Position numbers and translations under genes: made by a program
Assembly (NCBI GenBank): GCA_963729625.1
Contig: CAVSOU010000017.1
Span: 224,001-288,000, forward strand
DNA from: an uncultured bacterium
GTDB lineage: Bacteria > Chloroflexota > UBA5177 > JANWHV01
Length of the DNA stretch: 64,000 nt
Direction: 5' to 3'
The notes under the pieces: model-generated
Seen by the model: the letters and a program-made list of their open reading frames with translations, nothing else
Told to the model about the DNA's origin: nothing
Databases searched by the model: none
Part shown: positions 1-10,855 of the stretch, one piece after another
How the letters are laid out: each line of letters begins with the position of its first letter
Position numbering within the stretch: the first letter of the stretch is position 1

Positions 1-888
1 GGTCTCTACTACGACATCAACTACTTTGCCAAAGCCGGCCTGCCCACAACCTGGACGCCGCACAACTGGAATGACATCCTGAATGCTGCCCGAGCGATCA
101 AGAGCAAGGTTCCCAATGTGACACCGCTCTGGATCTACGCGGGCAATCAGCTTCCCGACCAGACGACGCGTCAGAACTTCCTGGACCTGCTTGCCGGCAC
201 GCGAAGTCCTCTGATGGTCGGCGGCAAGTGGGTGGTCAAGAGCCAGGGATTGCTCGACACTTTCAACTTCTATCACACGGTATTCGGCGAAGGGCTGGGG
301 CCCACGACGTCTTTGCTCGACAGCCAGACGGCTGATGCTAATCTGACGGGCACCTACATGCCGAAACAGCAAGTGGCGATCGCGTTGGTCGGCAGCTGGG
401 CCGGGAGCTGGTGGATCAAGGGCGGACCCTCGCCCTGGCCGGGCGCGATCCACGCGTACAAGGCGACGGCGCTCCCCACCGAATTCGGCCAGGCGCCGGG
501 CTTTGTCACCGAGCTGAACGGCTCCAACTTCGTCCTCACCAGTTTTTCCCAGCACAAGAAGCTCGCTTTCGATCTGCTGGCTATGGCTGAAGACCACCAG
601 TTCAATCTGCTGCATACCTGGTGGTGCGGCGAGGTCCCGCCGCGCACCGACGTCGCCACCGATCCAGCATGGCTCAACTCAACCCCCTACTACAACCAGC
701 AGGCAGCCAGCTGGAGCAAGTACGGCACGTTTACGCCGTCGAGCAACTACTCAACGATAGAGACCGCGGTAGCGGAGTCTACCGGCGAAATCGAAGCCTC
801 AGGCACCAGTGCTCAGCAAGCTCTCAGCGACTTCAGCCGTCGAGTGACTCAGGTCCTTGGCGGCAGCGGCGTCGCCACGGCACCCTGA
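1..888 (+). CDS. Sugar ABC transporter substrate-binding protein (5' end outside the window)
   Basis: Frame is open from position 1 (GLYYDINYFAKAGLP...W); family-1 SBP-like segments (IALVGSW, LAFDLL, PPRTDV). Confidence 0.8.
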   Translation, partial: GLYYDINYFAKAGLPTTWTPHNWNDILNAARAIKSKVPNVTPLWIYAGNQLPDQTTRQNFLDLLAGTRSPLMVGGKWVVKSQGLLDTFNFYHTVFGEGLGPTTSLLDSQTADANLTGTYMPKQQVAIALVGSWAGSWWIKGGPSPWPGAIHAYKATALPTEFGQAPGFVTELNGSNFVLTSFSQHKKLAFDLLAMAEDHQFNLLHTWWCGEVPPRTDVATDPAWLNSTPYYNQQAASWSKYGTFTPSSNYSTIETAVAESTGEIEASGTSAQQALSDFSRRVTQVLGGSGVATAP

Positions 889-897
889 GCGGGTGTT

Positions 898-938
898 GCG
901 ACGCGGCCGGGCGGTGTGACGCCGCGTGGCCGCGTCGC
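898..938 (+). terminator. GC-rich stem-loop after the SBP gene
   Basis: GCGACGCGGCC (898-908) pairs perfectly with GGCCGCGTCGC (928-938); no strong U tract. Confidence 0.45.
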
Positions 939-1057
939 GGTTCGGAGATTTCCCAATGCCGGCCCCGCACTTACTGGAATCCCGATCGGTCCGGATACAC
1001 TGACATGAACGAGCGTGCCAGCACGGCAAACGCTGCATGGATAGGCTGTGACAGACT

Positions 1058-2173
1058 GTGACCAGCACACGCAGGCGTGGAGAGCGAAATGGAGGTCCGA
1101 TTGTCGAGCGGCGCGCACGACTTGAGGACGTAGCTCGGCTTGCCGGCGTCTCGCCGACCACGGTCTCACGCGCCCTGCGCAACGACGCGCGCATCAGCGA
1201 GGGCACGCGTCTCGCCGTACAACACTTTGCCAACCGACTTGGCTACATTCCAGATGCCCGGGCCAGCAGCCTTCGCGGGCGTGCGACCAGCATGATTGGG
1301 CTGCTGCTTCCTGACGTAGCCGATCCAATCCACGGCCAAATCGCCATGGCCGTGGAGCAAGCGGCCTCATCGGAAGGGTACACCGTGCTGCTGGCCAACG
1401 GCTTCTCGGACCCGGTACAGGAGCGTCAGGCGCTGCAGGTGTTTGCCGGGCAGCGCGCCGACGGCATTGTGCTGGCGAGCAGCATGCTCAGCCCCCAGGA
1501 GGCCAATGCGCTTGTGAGCCCCTGTCCGGTCATCTACGTGAGCGGCGAGAACGTCAGCCTTGCAGCGTACAGGAGCGAGCTGCCAACCGGATCGATTCGC
1601 GCGGACGACGTCAGCGGCATCGCGGCAGCGGTTCAGCACCTGCGCGCCTGCGGCTATCGGCGTGTCGGGTATGTCAACGGGCCGGATCTGGCATCGAATG
1701 TGACACGTCGCGATGCCGCGTTGCAGGGCCTTGCCGGTGCAGGTATCGCCTGCGCGCTCTATCCATACCCGGGCGGCGTGGAAAGCCTCGGCGCCCTGAA
1801 TGCGACTGTCCGGACCCTGGTCACCGATCGGCCGGAGGCGCTCATCTGCTACGATGACGTGGTCGCCCTTGGTATCATGGATGCGTTGCGCAACCACGGA
1901 CTGCGGGTGCCTGATGATATTGGACTGGTGGGATTCGACGACATTCCCTTCGCCAGTATTGCCAACCCGCGATTAACCACTATTGCCCAGCCATCCGAGG
2001 AGGTCGGCCGACGCGCGTTCTCGATGTTGATTTCCGCCCTGAAGAACGGCGAGCTACCGGCGTCAATCATGCTTCCCGTGCAGCTTGTCGTGCGAGAAAG
2101 CACAACCACGGTGCAACGCCGTGGGCTTGCCGGTGACGGATGGGACGACGGGGGCATCCGTGAGCCGGTTTAG
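1058..2173 (+). CDS. LacI-family transcriptional regulator
   Basis: HTH LEDVARLAGVSPTTVSRAL, hinge YIPDARASSL, C-terminal VPDDIGLVGFDD...PRLTTI; start uncertain. Confidence 0.95.
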   Translation: MTSTRRRGERNGGPIVERRARLEDVARLAGVSPTTVSRALRNDARISEGTRLAVQHFANRLGYIPDARASSLRGRATSMIGLLLPDVADPIHGQIAMAVEQAASSEGYTVLLANGFSDPVQERQALQVFAGQRADGIVLASSMLSPQEANALVSPCPVIYVSGENVSLAAYRSELPTGSIRADDVSGIAAAVQHLRACGYRRVGYVNGPDLASNVTRRDAALQGLAGAGIACALYPYPGGVESLGALNATVRTLVTDRPEALICYDDVVALGIMDALRNHGLRVPDDIGLVGFDDIPFASIANPRLTTIAQPSEEVGRRAFSMLISALKNGELPASIMLPVQLVVRESTTTVQRRGLAGDGWDDGGIREPV

Positions 2174-2382
2174 CGGGCGTCAGACAGCAGTTGCTCGGTT
2201 GGCTGTTAGGGCTTCCAGTGGCCGGAAGCTTTGAGTCTTCCCGGCGCATATGGGTGTCATGCCGCTATGAGAACGGAAACGACGACCGTGCAAGCTCCAG
2301 GCATCGAGAAACGTAGCCGAGCGCGCAACGCGCACCATGCACGCATGTTTGGCAGGCAATCGCGGCGGACGCGCCGACAGGA

Positions 2383-3237
2383 TTGCCGGTGACGTCCAAA
2401 GCTCCCACATACCTTGTTATCGGCCACGTCTGTCAGGACTATACGCCCTACGGCATCAAGTGGGGCGGTACGGCGCTGTTCGGCGCGATCACCGCATTCC
2501 GGCTTGGCGCGCGTGTCCGCGTGCTCACCAGCATGCCGGCGGGCTTCGAATCGCAAGCCCTCCCGCCCGGCATCGAGGTGCACAATGTCCCCACCGACGT
2601 GCCGCTGACCTTCCGGCACGACTACATCGACGGGCAGCGGCAGCTATCCGTTATGGCCACTGCTCCCACGCTCCATGCCGTCGATCTGCCGGATGCCTGG
2701 CGCTCGTCGGATATCGTGCACTTTGGCCCGGTGGCGCAGGAGGTCGGCCGAGACCTGCTCGACATGTTTGGCGACTCGCTGACAGGCGGCTCACTGCAAG
2801 GCTGGTTGCGCACCTGGGACGATGAAACGGGCCTCGTCGCGCCTCTGCCGGCAGCACAACTGCTCGCGTGGGCGCCGCCCGTGCAGTGCAGCTTCCTGAG
2901 CGAGGAAGATATCGGTGGTCGGCGCCAGGTGATCGACTTCTATCGGAAGCATCACGCGATCGTGGCTCTCACCGACGGCGCGCATGGAGCGACGATCTTC
3001 GCCGGAGGGACCACGATGCGCGTGCCCGCGATCACGGTCAATGAAGTCGATGCCAACGGGGCGGGAGACGTCTTCGCGGCGGCATTCCTGCTGCAGCATC
3101 ACGAGACAGGCAACTCACTGCGTGCGGCGCAGTTCGCGGCGGCCGTCGCCTCCTTTCACGTCGAGCAGGTCGGTACCGCGGCATTGCCTTCGCGCACGCA
3201 AGCAGATTCCAGGTGGCGTGAGTCGTATGGCGCCTGA
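2383..3237 (+). CDS. PfkB/ribokinase-family carbohydrate or nucleoside kinase
   Basis: N-terminal IGHVCQD...GGTA and C-terminal DANGAGDVF signature. Confidence 0.9.
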   Translation: MPVTSKAPTYLVIGHVCQDYTPYGIKWGGTALFGAITAFRLGARVRVLTSMPAGFESQALPPGIEVHNVPTDVPLTFRHDYIDGQRQLSVMATAPTLHAVDLPDAWRSSDIVHFGPVAQEVGRDLLDMFGDSLTGGSLQGWLRTWDDETGLVAPLPAAQLLAWAPPVQCSFLSEEDIGGRRQVIDFYRKHHAIVALTDGAHGATIFAGGTTMRVPAITVNEVDANGAGDVFAAAFLLQHHETGNSLRAAQFAAAVASFHVEQVGTAALPSRTQADSRWRESYGA

Positions 3238-3269
3238 CGCGCCTTCGCCAACCTAGAACTGGCCGACGT

Positions 3270-3398
3270 GGAACGCGCCGGGTGGTCACGTCTTGGCGAT
3301 GGAGTGGATAGCCGGCACGTCCACGGCGGACGAGGACAGCACCCGCCTCGGCGGGTCCCCGGCCCCCAGAAACGTGCGACTCGATGGAGATCCCGTCG
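3270..3398. repeat. 129-bp dispersed intergenic repeat, copy 1 (MITE/REP-like)
   Basis: Ungapped near-identical match to 19256-19384; internal hairpins ACCCGCC-TC-GGCGGGT and TCGATGG-AGATC-CCGTCGA. Confidence 0.85.
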
Positions 3399-3626
3399 AC
3401 TCTTCACAATAGAACTGGCCGGCGTTCACGTCGTTCATGAAGCGAAGGAGACCACGGATATACGGGTCCCTGATGCCACTGCCAAGCGCATCGTCACGGC
3501 CCGGATGGTCCCACTATGCATCGGGAGTGCGCCGATCCGTGTTCACGGCATCTCCCTTGCACATATGAATTGGCCAGTGCGCTCGACGCGCATCGCCAAT
3601 CGAGACGAAGCCACGCCGCTCCGGCG

Positions 3627-4616
3627 CTACACCTGGAACGCGCCGCCCGGAAACAGAATCTCCTGGATTGTATCGCCAAGCATGTTGAGAATAAGCGCGG
3701 TCAAGAAGATGGCGAGGCCGGGGAACGTCGCCAGCCACCAATCGGTGAGCAGATACTGTTGGCCGGCGTTGACCATCGACCCCCATTCCGCGGTTCCCAC
3801 TTCGGCCCCAAGACCGAGGTAACTGAGGCCGGCAAAGGTCACCAGCACGTTGCCCATGTCCAGAGTCAGCTGCACCAGGACCGGGCCAATCCCGTTGCGC
3901 AGTATATGCACGACGATAATACGGGCGTGTGAAGATCCCAGACTGCGCGCCGCGTCGACATAGTCGTTGTTCTTGATCGCAAGCACCTGGCCGCGCACGA
4001 GCCTGGCGTACGTCGGCCACCACACCGCCGCGATGGCCGTCATGGCCGAGCTGAGCCCCGGTCCAAGCGCCGCAGCCACGGCAAGCGCGAGCACGATGCC
4101 GGGAAAGGCGAGGAAGATATCCGTAACGCGCATCAGGATCTCCTCGGTCAATCCCCCGGCGTAGCCCGCGGCTGAACCCACGAGTATCCCGATGACCAGG
4201 GCGCTGATCAGCACGACGGCAACCGCCGTCAGTGAGTAGTGCGTACCGGCGATGACCCGGCTGAAAACATCCTTGCCCAGGTCATCCGTGCCGAATAGAT
4301 GCTTCCAGGAGGGAGCATAGAACTGGTCGACGGGGTTGATCGCTTCCGGGTCGTACGGAGCAATCCATGAGCCAAATGCGGTCAGCACGAGAAGTCCCGC
4401 CACGCCAAGCGTGGCGAAGATCGTCGCCGGCCGCCGCGCGATTCGCCGCAGTTGCCGCCATCGCGCGGACGGCAGCATCGGATCGAGCTCTGCAGGTACC
4501 GCCGGGAGCAACCGTGATCCCAGTCGCCGCCATCGCGCGGACGGCAGTGCCGGATCGGGCTCGGAAGCAGGTGGACGCGGGGACGGCTGCGTCTGGCTCT
4601 CCTCCCCCGCATCCAT
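3627..4616 (-). CDS. Opp/Dpp-type ABC permease (OppC-like)
   Basis: HLFGTDDLGKDVFSR and EAA-loop variant YVDAARSLG; N-terminal duplicated 12-aa motif. Confidence 0.9.
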   Translation of the reverse strand: MDAGEESQTQPSPRPPASEPDPALPSARWRRLGSRLLPAVPAELDPMLPSARWRQLRRIARRPATIFATLGVAGLLVLTAFGSWIAPYDPEAINPVDQFYAPSWKHLFGTDDLGKDVFSRVIAGTHYSLTAVAVVLISALVIGILVGSAAGYAGGLTEEILMRVTDIFLAFPGIVLALAVAAALGPGLSSAMTAIAAVWWPTYARLVRGQVLAIKNNDYVDAARSLGSSHARIIVVHILRNGIGPVLVQLTLDMGNVLVTFAGLSYLGLGAEVGTAEWGSMVNAGQQYLLTDWWLATFPGLAIFLTALILNMLGDTIQEILFPGGAFQV

Positions 4617-4691
4617 GTCCGTTTCCTTTCAACCTGAGGTGTAGCGGCCGATTCTCTGCCTGGGCTGCTTGCTTCGCCGCCCGCACCTCGC

Positions 4692-5701
4692 TCATGCGAG
4701 CTGCAGGCGCGGATCCAGCTTGGTGTACAGAATGTCGACGCAGAGATTCACCAGCGTGTAGGTGACCGCCAGGATCACAGTGATGCTCATGATTGCTTGA
4801 TAGTCGAAGTTCTGAATGGTGTTGACCGAGTAGTAGCCGATACCCGGCCAGCTGAACACGGTCTCGATCAGGAATGCCCCGCTCAAGAGGTTACCGACCT
4901 GCAGGCCCAGCAATGTTGTCGTCGGAATCAACGCGTTGCGCAGCGCATGGCGCATGACCACGGAGCGCCCGGGCACACCCTTGGCCCGCGCCGTGCGAAT
5001 GTAGTCCTTGGCAAGCACATCCACCATGCTCGTCCGCGTCACCCGCACGACCAGCGAGAGCGATGTGAAGGCGAGGCAGAGCGACGGCATGAGCACGTGC
5101 TTGAGCGTGTTGAGCAACGCCGGAAAGTTCAGCGTCAGCAGGCTGTCGATGGTAAGAACCCCGGTGATGTGCCGGGGCGCCACCTGGAAGGTATCCAGCC
5201 GCCCTGTCTCGGGCAGCCAGCCCAGCTGCCCGTAGAACACGAGCTGGAAGAGCAGCCCGAGCCAGAAGAGCGGCATGGCGGTGCCGGCAACGGAGATGAT
5301 CCTGGTCAGGTGATCGACCCAGGTGTTGCGCTTCAGTCCAGAGTAGACGCCCAAGCGGTATGCCGACGAGCACGCAGAAGACCAGCGCGTAGAACGTCAG
5401 CTCGATGGTGGCCGGGAAGTAGTCGACGAAATCACTCCACACCGCTCGATGGCTGAATGTGGACTGGCCGAGGTCTCCGTGCAGCAGCTTCGACATGTAG
5501 GTGAGGTACTGCACGGGAAGCGGCTGGTCGAGACCGTACTCGTGCCGGATACGGGCCAGCTCAGCCGTCGGACGAGCTCTTGCCGGCGACCAGGGCCGCG
5601 GGGTCGGCGGGCACCACGTGCGAGACCGTGAAGGTAATCACGCTCACGCCCAGGATCACCAGCACCAGAAACCCCAGCCGCCGGACAAGAAAGGTGGTCA
5701 C
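4692..5701 (-). CDS. Opp/Dpp-type ABC permease (OppB-like), frameshifted
   Basis: GTG start at 5701 (MTTFLVRRLG); fragments 4891-5514 and 4692-5354 contain GDLGQS, PATIEL and DYIRTARAKG; frameshifts near 5355 and 5560-5600. Confidence 0.8.
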
Positions 5702-5707
5702 GAATTA

Positions 5708-7302
5708 TCAGCTCTTGCTGAGCGCGTAGAGGTCGTACATGAACGATCCGTAGAGGTAGTTGTAGACGAAGCCGTGGACATTGCTGCGCATGGCGATCCT
5801 GTCGCTAGGCTGCACGGCCCAGACCTCGAGCGCCTGATCGTAGACGATAGCCATGGCCTTCTCGAAGTCGGCCTTGGCGGTCGCGGGATTGGGCGAGTCG
5901 CGGCCGGCGACGAGCCACTTGTCGAGGGTCGCGTTCGGGAAGCAGAAGACGTTGCCGCTGGACGGCGGCGCTTTTGACCAGAAGTAGTTCAGATACATGT
6001 TCTGGTCGTCCCCGAAGTCCATCGTCCACTGGCCGAACCAGACGTCCGGGTTGGTATCCACCTTCTTGCTTCGGGTAAAGTAGACATCGAATTCGGCAGC
6101 ACGTGGAGGTTCATCTGGATGCCGAGCGGCTTCGTGTCGGCCTGCCAGATCTGGGCCATCAGCGCCGACTGGAAGTCGCCGGTCTGCCAGTCGACTTCGA
6201 GCGGGAAGCCCTGCGCATATCCGGCCTGAGCCAGCAGGCTCTTCGCCTTCGCCAGGTCATAGGTGTACAGGTGCGGCGCCGGGAAGTAGTTCGCCAGGCC
6301 CGTGGGACCGACGCCCAGCATGCGCGTCCCATGGCCCTGGAAGGCTGCTTTGACCATCGTGTCATAGTCGAAGGTATAGGAGAGGGCCTGCCGCACGAGC
6401 TGGTTGCCGAGCGGGCCCTTGCCGTTGTTGGTGTTGAAGCGAATCTCGCGGATCGTCTGCGCCGTGTACTCCTTGAGTTACGATGCCGGCCTCATGGCCG
6501 ACGGCCGCGAAATCCTGGTAGTTCAGGTTCATGGCGATATCGACGTCGCCGTGTTCCAGACCCTGGCGCTGGGTGCTGGAGGCCGCCGGCCATTGCAGCA
6601 CGACTTCGCCGACGTGCTGTCCCGACCAGCCCTTCCAGTAGCCAGGGAACGGGTCGAGGACGATCTTCTGGCCGTGAACCCATTGCTTGACCATCCAGGG
6701 TCCCGAGCCGGCGTCGTGTACGGCCATCCAGGCCTTGCCCAGGTCGCCCTTCACCTGATGCGCCAGCACGGTCTTCGGACTGACGATCCCGGGGCCCCAC
6801 AGCGTGGTCAGGGAAGGCAGAAAGGCCGAAGTACGAGGTGCTGAGATGGAAGACCACGGTCGACGGATCGGGCGCGTCGACCGAGGCGATCTCCAGGAAG
6901 TCGCCGATGGCACCCGTCTGCAGCTTGATCAAGCGATCGAAGGTGAACTTGACCGCCGCGGCGTCGACCGTGTTGCCGTCGTGGAACTTCACGCCGGAGC
7001 GAAGCTTGAACGTCCAGGTCTTGCCGTCCGCCGACTCCTTCCAGGAAGTGGCGAGATCCGGCACGATCGTGACCACTTTTGAGCCCACGGCTCGGACGAG
7101 ACCATCGTAGACATTCGCCAGGACGGTGGCCATGCCGGTGTCGTAGTCCTGCGCCGGATCAGATGTACGAGCCCTCGTAGCCGATGTCGATCACGAGGTT
7201 AGGGTTGGCCGCGGCGCGAACAGGTTCCCCCATTCGTGCCGGGACGATGAGCAGAGACAACGTCGCGATCATTGCGAGTAAACGTGCACGACCCGATTTC
7301 AC
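5708..7302 (-). CDS. Opp/Dpp family-5 substrate-binding protein with several frameshifts (assembly error or pseudogene)
   Basis: Five consecutive ORF fragments: signal peptide (RBS GGAGG, GTG 7302), VPDLATSW...TWTFKLRSGVKFHDG, GSGPW, VRQALSY, YDLAKAKSLL. Confidence 0.8.
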
Positions 7303-7872
7303 TTCTGAGTCCTCCCTCTCTGGTCCAGATGCGGTTCTGGTGTACGCGTGTTCCCACGGGCCGCATCGAACCATCACACGTAGTGAGTCTGCTCGCCGAG
7401 CAGGTGCGCTCGAGGATACCGGATCGGCAGCCCGTCGGCTTCTGCCGGAGGCCGGACCGCTCGCTGCATCCGATTGGTCTCTCTGATTGCGTCTCACCTC
7501 CCTTCCCGGCGTCACGGGCTCGCGTGCCCAAGCCGGCTCATCGACTCGCCAGTTGACTGCTCAGGGCCTGGCTCAACACTGGCCCGATACATCCACACAG
7601 GCTCGGCAAGCATGCCATTCGCCGTCCGGTGGCTCGTAACTCTGATGATATACTGGCAGCACGCCGCCGTGACCGCTCCGCCGCCCACGTGTTGGTCTCA
7701 CCACCCGCGCCGGTCACGCTCGCGGCTAGTAGTCTGTCAACCATCACTGTGCACACTCACCTGACATCGCAGTGTCCGCCCGCTGCCCTGATGCCGCAGC
7801 TTCAGGCCAGATCAACACCGCAACGAATGACCGTTGACAATCCACTATTCGGGTAAACAAGAGGAGGTCACC

Positions 7873-9147
7873 TTGGCTGACGAACCGAACCCCGGTTTCT
7901 CCTGGCGTGAAATAGGCGAGTTTCAAGCACGCGTGGAGAATCCCTCGCTGCGCCAGCCCTTGTCGCTGATCATCGACGATCCCACGCCAGGCTATAATCC
8001 CGCCTACTTCCACAGCGGCTTTCTCAATGGTCCCATGCACGTCCCCGCATCGCTGATCGATGACGTGGCAGACCTGATCGAGGAAACCGGTATTCGCGGC
8101 AAGTTCAGCGTGATTCCCATGCCCTTTGGCCTTGGCCGGCTTGACGGCCAGATTGAAGGCGTGGAACCCGCGGATGTCCGGCACTTCCTCGACGTCGTGC
8201 GCGCGCGCATCGCGCCCTACCTCGACATTACGCCGGAAGCGCTCACGCACTGGAATGCGGTTGACCTGGCGACGGGCCGCCTTCTGCCGCTTTGGGAGCA
8301 CGTCTGGAGCCGGCAGCAGACGCGGCAAACCCTGCACCCTTACCTCTCGCTCGCCCTCGAGATTGTCAATGCCGCCGGTCTGCCCAGCACCGGGATGACG
8401 TCTCCATGGGATTTCGGGGACGGCGTGGAGACCGAGTACGCCGAAGCAATCCTGTCGGCGCAGCGCGCGGTCAATGGTCGCACGCTTACGTGGTACTTCC
8501 TGCAGATGGACGGCGCGTCCAAGCACGTGCCGCCCAAGCTGACCGTGTTTCGTCCCGAAGCAGGAGAAGTCGTAGTCAGCATCATCACGTGCGACACATA
8601 CGATTTTGGTCGCGGCGTGTGGCGAGGGGGCGAGCCGGATCCCGACTTGCTTATCAGCGCGGATGGACAAAGCGGCCGTCTTGCCCAGGTATTGTCGGCG
8701 GGCGGCCCGGCAGCCTTCCACACGCACTGGCAGACCCTGTTCAGCCAGGGCCGGAGTGCAGGTCGCGACGCGATCGCAACCGTCGCGCAGCGCGTCCGGG
8801 ATCGTTTCCACGACGGCGTGATCTGGACACGAACCCTGGACCTCGCGACCTATGCCGCGGCTGCCGCCGCATTGCACATCGCGCCGGATGATGCAGGTAG
8901 CCCCTCCGTCGATACCGATCACGGCACGGTGGTGATGCGGTTGACGACGCCGTTCGCGTGCAAGCAATTCACCATGAGCCTCGCTACGAACCAACCGATC
9001 AAGGCTGTGCGCCTGGACGGGAAGCCCCTGACCCGCATCGAATCGGCCAGATTCCTGGACGAAAACACGTTCCTTGTGGCCGGCGATCGGGTGTACATCT
9101 GCTGGTCGCTGCGGACCAGCCAACAGCTGCAGCTGGAACTCGCCTGA
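7873..9147 (+). CDS. Conserved hypothetical protein, possible polysaccharide-deacetylase-like (NodB/CE4) barrel plus C-terminal beta domain
   Basis: RBS GAGGAGG at 7861 then TTG; LIIDD, GKFSVIP, E.LTH and FHTHWQ motifs resemble deacetylase-like folds (inference). Confidence 0.6.
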   Translation: MADEPNPGFSWREIGEFQARVENPSLRQPLSLIIDDPTPGYNPAYFHSGFLNGPMHVPASLIDDVADLIEETGIRGKFSVIPMPFGLGRLDGQIEGVEPADVRHFLDVVRARIAPYLDITPEALTHWNAVDLATGRLLPLWEHVWSRQQTRQTLHPYLSLALEIVNAAGLPSTGMTSPWDFGDGVETEYAEAILSAQRAVNGRTLTWYFLQMDGASKHVPPKLTVFRPEAGEVVVSIITCDTYDFGRGVWRGGEPDPDLLISADGQSGRLAQVLSAGGPAAFHTHWQTLFSQGRSAGRDAIATVAQRVRDRFHDGVIWTRTLDLATYAAAAAALHIAPDDAGSPSVDTDHGTVVMRLTTPFACKQFTMSLATNQPIKAVRLDGKPLTRIESARFLDENTFLVAGDRVYICWSLRTSQQLQLELA

Positions 9148-9318
9148 ACTCCGATCGATACCGTCAGGGGACGTGAAGCGTGCGGGAGCGTGCGTAGGGG
9201 CGGCGTGTCGTCGCGCATGACAATTTTCGCCCGTTCCCGCTTCTCGTATCCATACAGTCAGGGTGCGCGTCTCTTCATGCTCGTTCACGCGAGTCGCCCG
9301 CAGGTCCGTGCTCGGCAC

Positions 9319-10420
9319 CTACGGCGCCGGGATGGCCTGCGGCTGGCCACTTGCCGCGGCCTGAGCTATTGCATTGCAGCACTACCAGATCCTGCTTTCC
9401 CTCGCGTCCGGAGGTCATCGGCTCACGACCTTCCACGATGCAGGCATGGAAATGCTCCAGCTCGCGCTTGAACGACTCTTCATAGGACACGAGAACTGCC
9501 TTCTCAACGCTGGCCCCGCCCTCCATGCCTTCGACCACGAGCGACGTCGGCTCGCTGCGAAGAAATGGCGACGGGTAGCGCAGGATCACGCGATCCGACG
9601 TGCCAAAGAACGCCAGCTCCATGCTGTAATGGCGCAGTGTCGGGAGGTTCACCCAGGTCATGATGCAGCGCATGTCACGCGGGTAACGGAAGACAACCGT
9701 CACGCCCTCCACATCCATCCATGTCTCGGCACTGCTCACTGCTTCGGGCTCCCCCAGCAAGCCGCGCATCGCGTTCACCTCGTGGACAAGCGTATCGAGA
9801 AGCACTGCCGAGTACAGACGACGGATCTGTTGCGAAGCGCCGCTGCCGACAGCCTCACCCACCAGGGTCTCGCTCTCCTCGCGGAGGATTCGCTGCGTCT
9901 CACTGGGAATATCGTCGCAGCGCACCAAAGGATAGTGATCGACATAGGGCCACATGGGCGCTTCCAGCGTGGTGATCTGCGCCAGCCGCAGGTCGGCCAC
10001 GCCGCGAACGAGCGGAAGCGCTCGCTCGTAGGCCGGGTCGAAGCGCTTCATATTGCCGACCATCAAGACCACCCCGGAGGCAGTTGCCGCACGGATCATG
10101 GCATCCGCTTCACGTATCGTGAAGCACATCGGTTTCTCGACGAACACGTGCCGGCCTGCCCGAGCGGCAGCCACTGCCGAAGGAGCGTGCGATCCCCCGG
10201 TCAGGATGAGGACGGCGTCAAGGTCCACGGCCAGGAGATCCTCCCACCGTGTGTGCCGGCTCTGGACGCCGAAAGCATCGCCTACCGCGCCGAGCGTTCC
10301 CGGCGACACATCGCATAGCGCGGCGATTTCAAAGCGATCGCTCAATTCGCGCAGATACGGCAGGTGCATCACCTGCGCGATCAGTCCACAGCCGATCACC
10401 CCAACGCGCACCTTCTGCAT
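9319..10420 (-). CDS. Gfo/Idh/MocA oxidoreductase; probable 1-nt insertion near 9375
   Basis: GVIGCGLIA, HVFVEKPM, GNMKRFDP. Removing one base after ...VVLQ gives AIAQAAASGQPQAIPAP* ending at 9319; as assembled the ORF runs to 9275. Confidence 0.9.
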
Positions 10421-10599
10421 CTCACCCCTGCCCTTCGCTCCAGGACTGCGTTTCAACCACTACATCGAACAAGCGGGGAGCCCGGATTGCATCTCGCTTC
10501 GAGCTCGCGCATCCACCCAGACTATGTGTCGCCAGATTCCGCGCTGTTGAGACGTAGTACGAGCGCGCAAGCGACGGCGGGCGGCATAGGGCTGTGCTA

Positions 10600-10613
10600 T
10601 GCTAACGTTAAAC
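10600..10613. promoter_or_regulatory. LacI-type operator-like site (TGCTAACGTTAAAC)
   Basis: Shares TGCTAACGTT with the site at 10755; lies upstream of the Gfo gene. Confidence 0.45.
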
Positions 10614-10754
10614 GCTATCCTAGCATGGCCCCCCACCACTGTCAACGAAGCGAGCTATACGGCGCGTCCGCGCGGCACTCTACCTCCAGAATCCTGCGGC
10701 CTTGATCGATACGCGCAAGATACAATTGGCATGGCGCCCGTATCGCTGAAACCT

Positions 10755-10768
10755 TGCTAACGTTTGCA
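10755..10768. promoter_or_regulatory. LacI-type operator palindrome TGCTAACGTTTGCA
   Basis: Near-perfect 14-bp palindrome with central CG, typical of LacI-family sites; a LacI gene is in the locus. Confidence 0.6.
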
Positions 10769-10855
10769 CAGCACCAGTTTTCGGCGCAGGCGGCAGGCAC
10801 CAACCACGACGTGTGATTCGCCTCATCGCGGTTCTATCCGCGCTTCATCCAACGG

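Noticed and set aside
3268-3822. 184-aa ORF and small ORFs at 19207-19488 sharing the peptide HGGRGQHPPRRVPGPQ
   Set aside because: The similarity comes from translating the non-coding 129-bp repeat; starts and ends are not conserved.
7744-9318. 524-aa antisense ORF (similar cases at 19665-21257, 43902-45164 and 51357-52901)
   Set aside because: Shadow ORFs opposite well-supported genes; expected from high-GC codon bias and lacking recognisable motifs.
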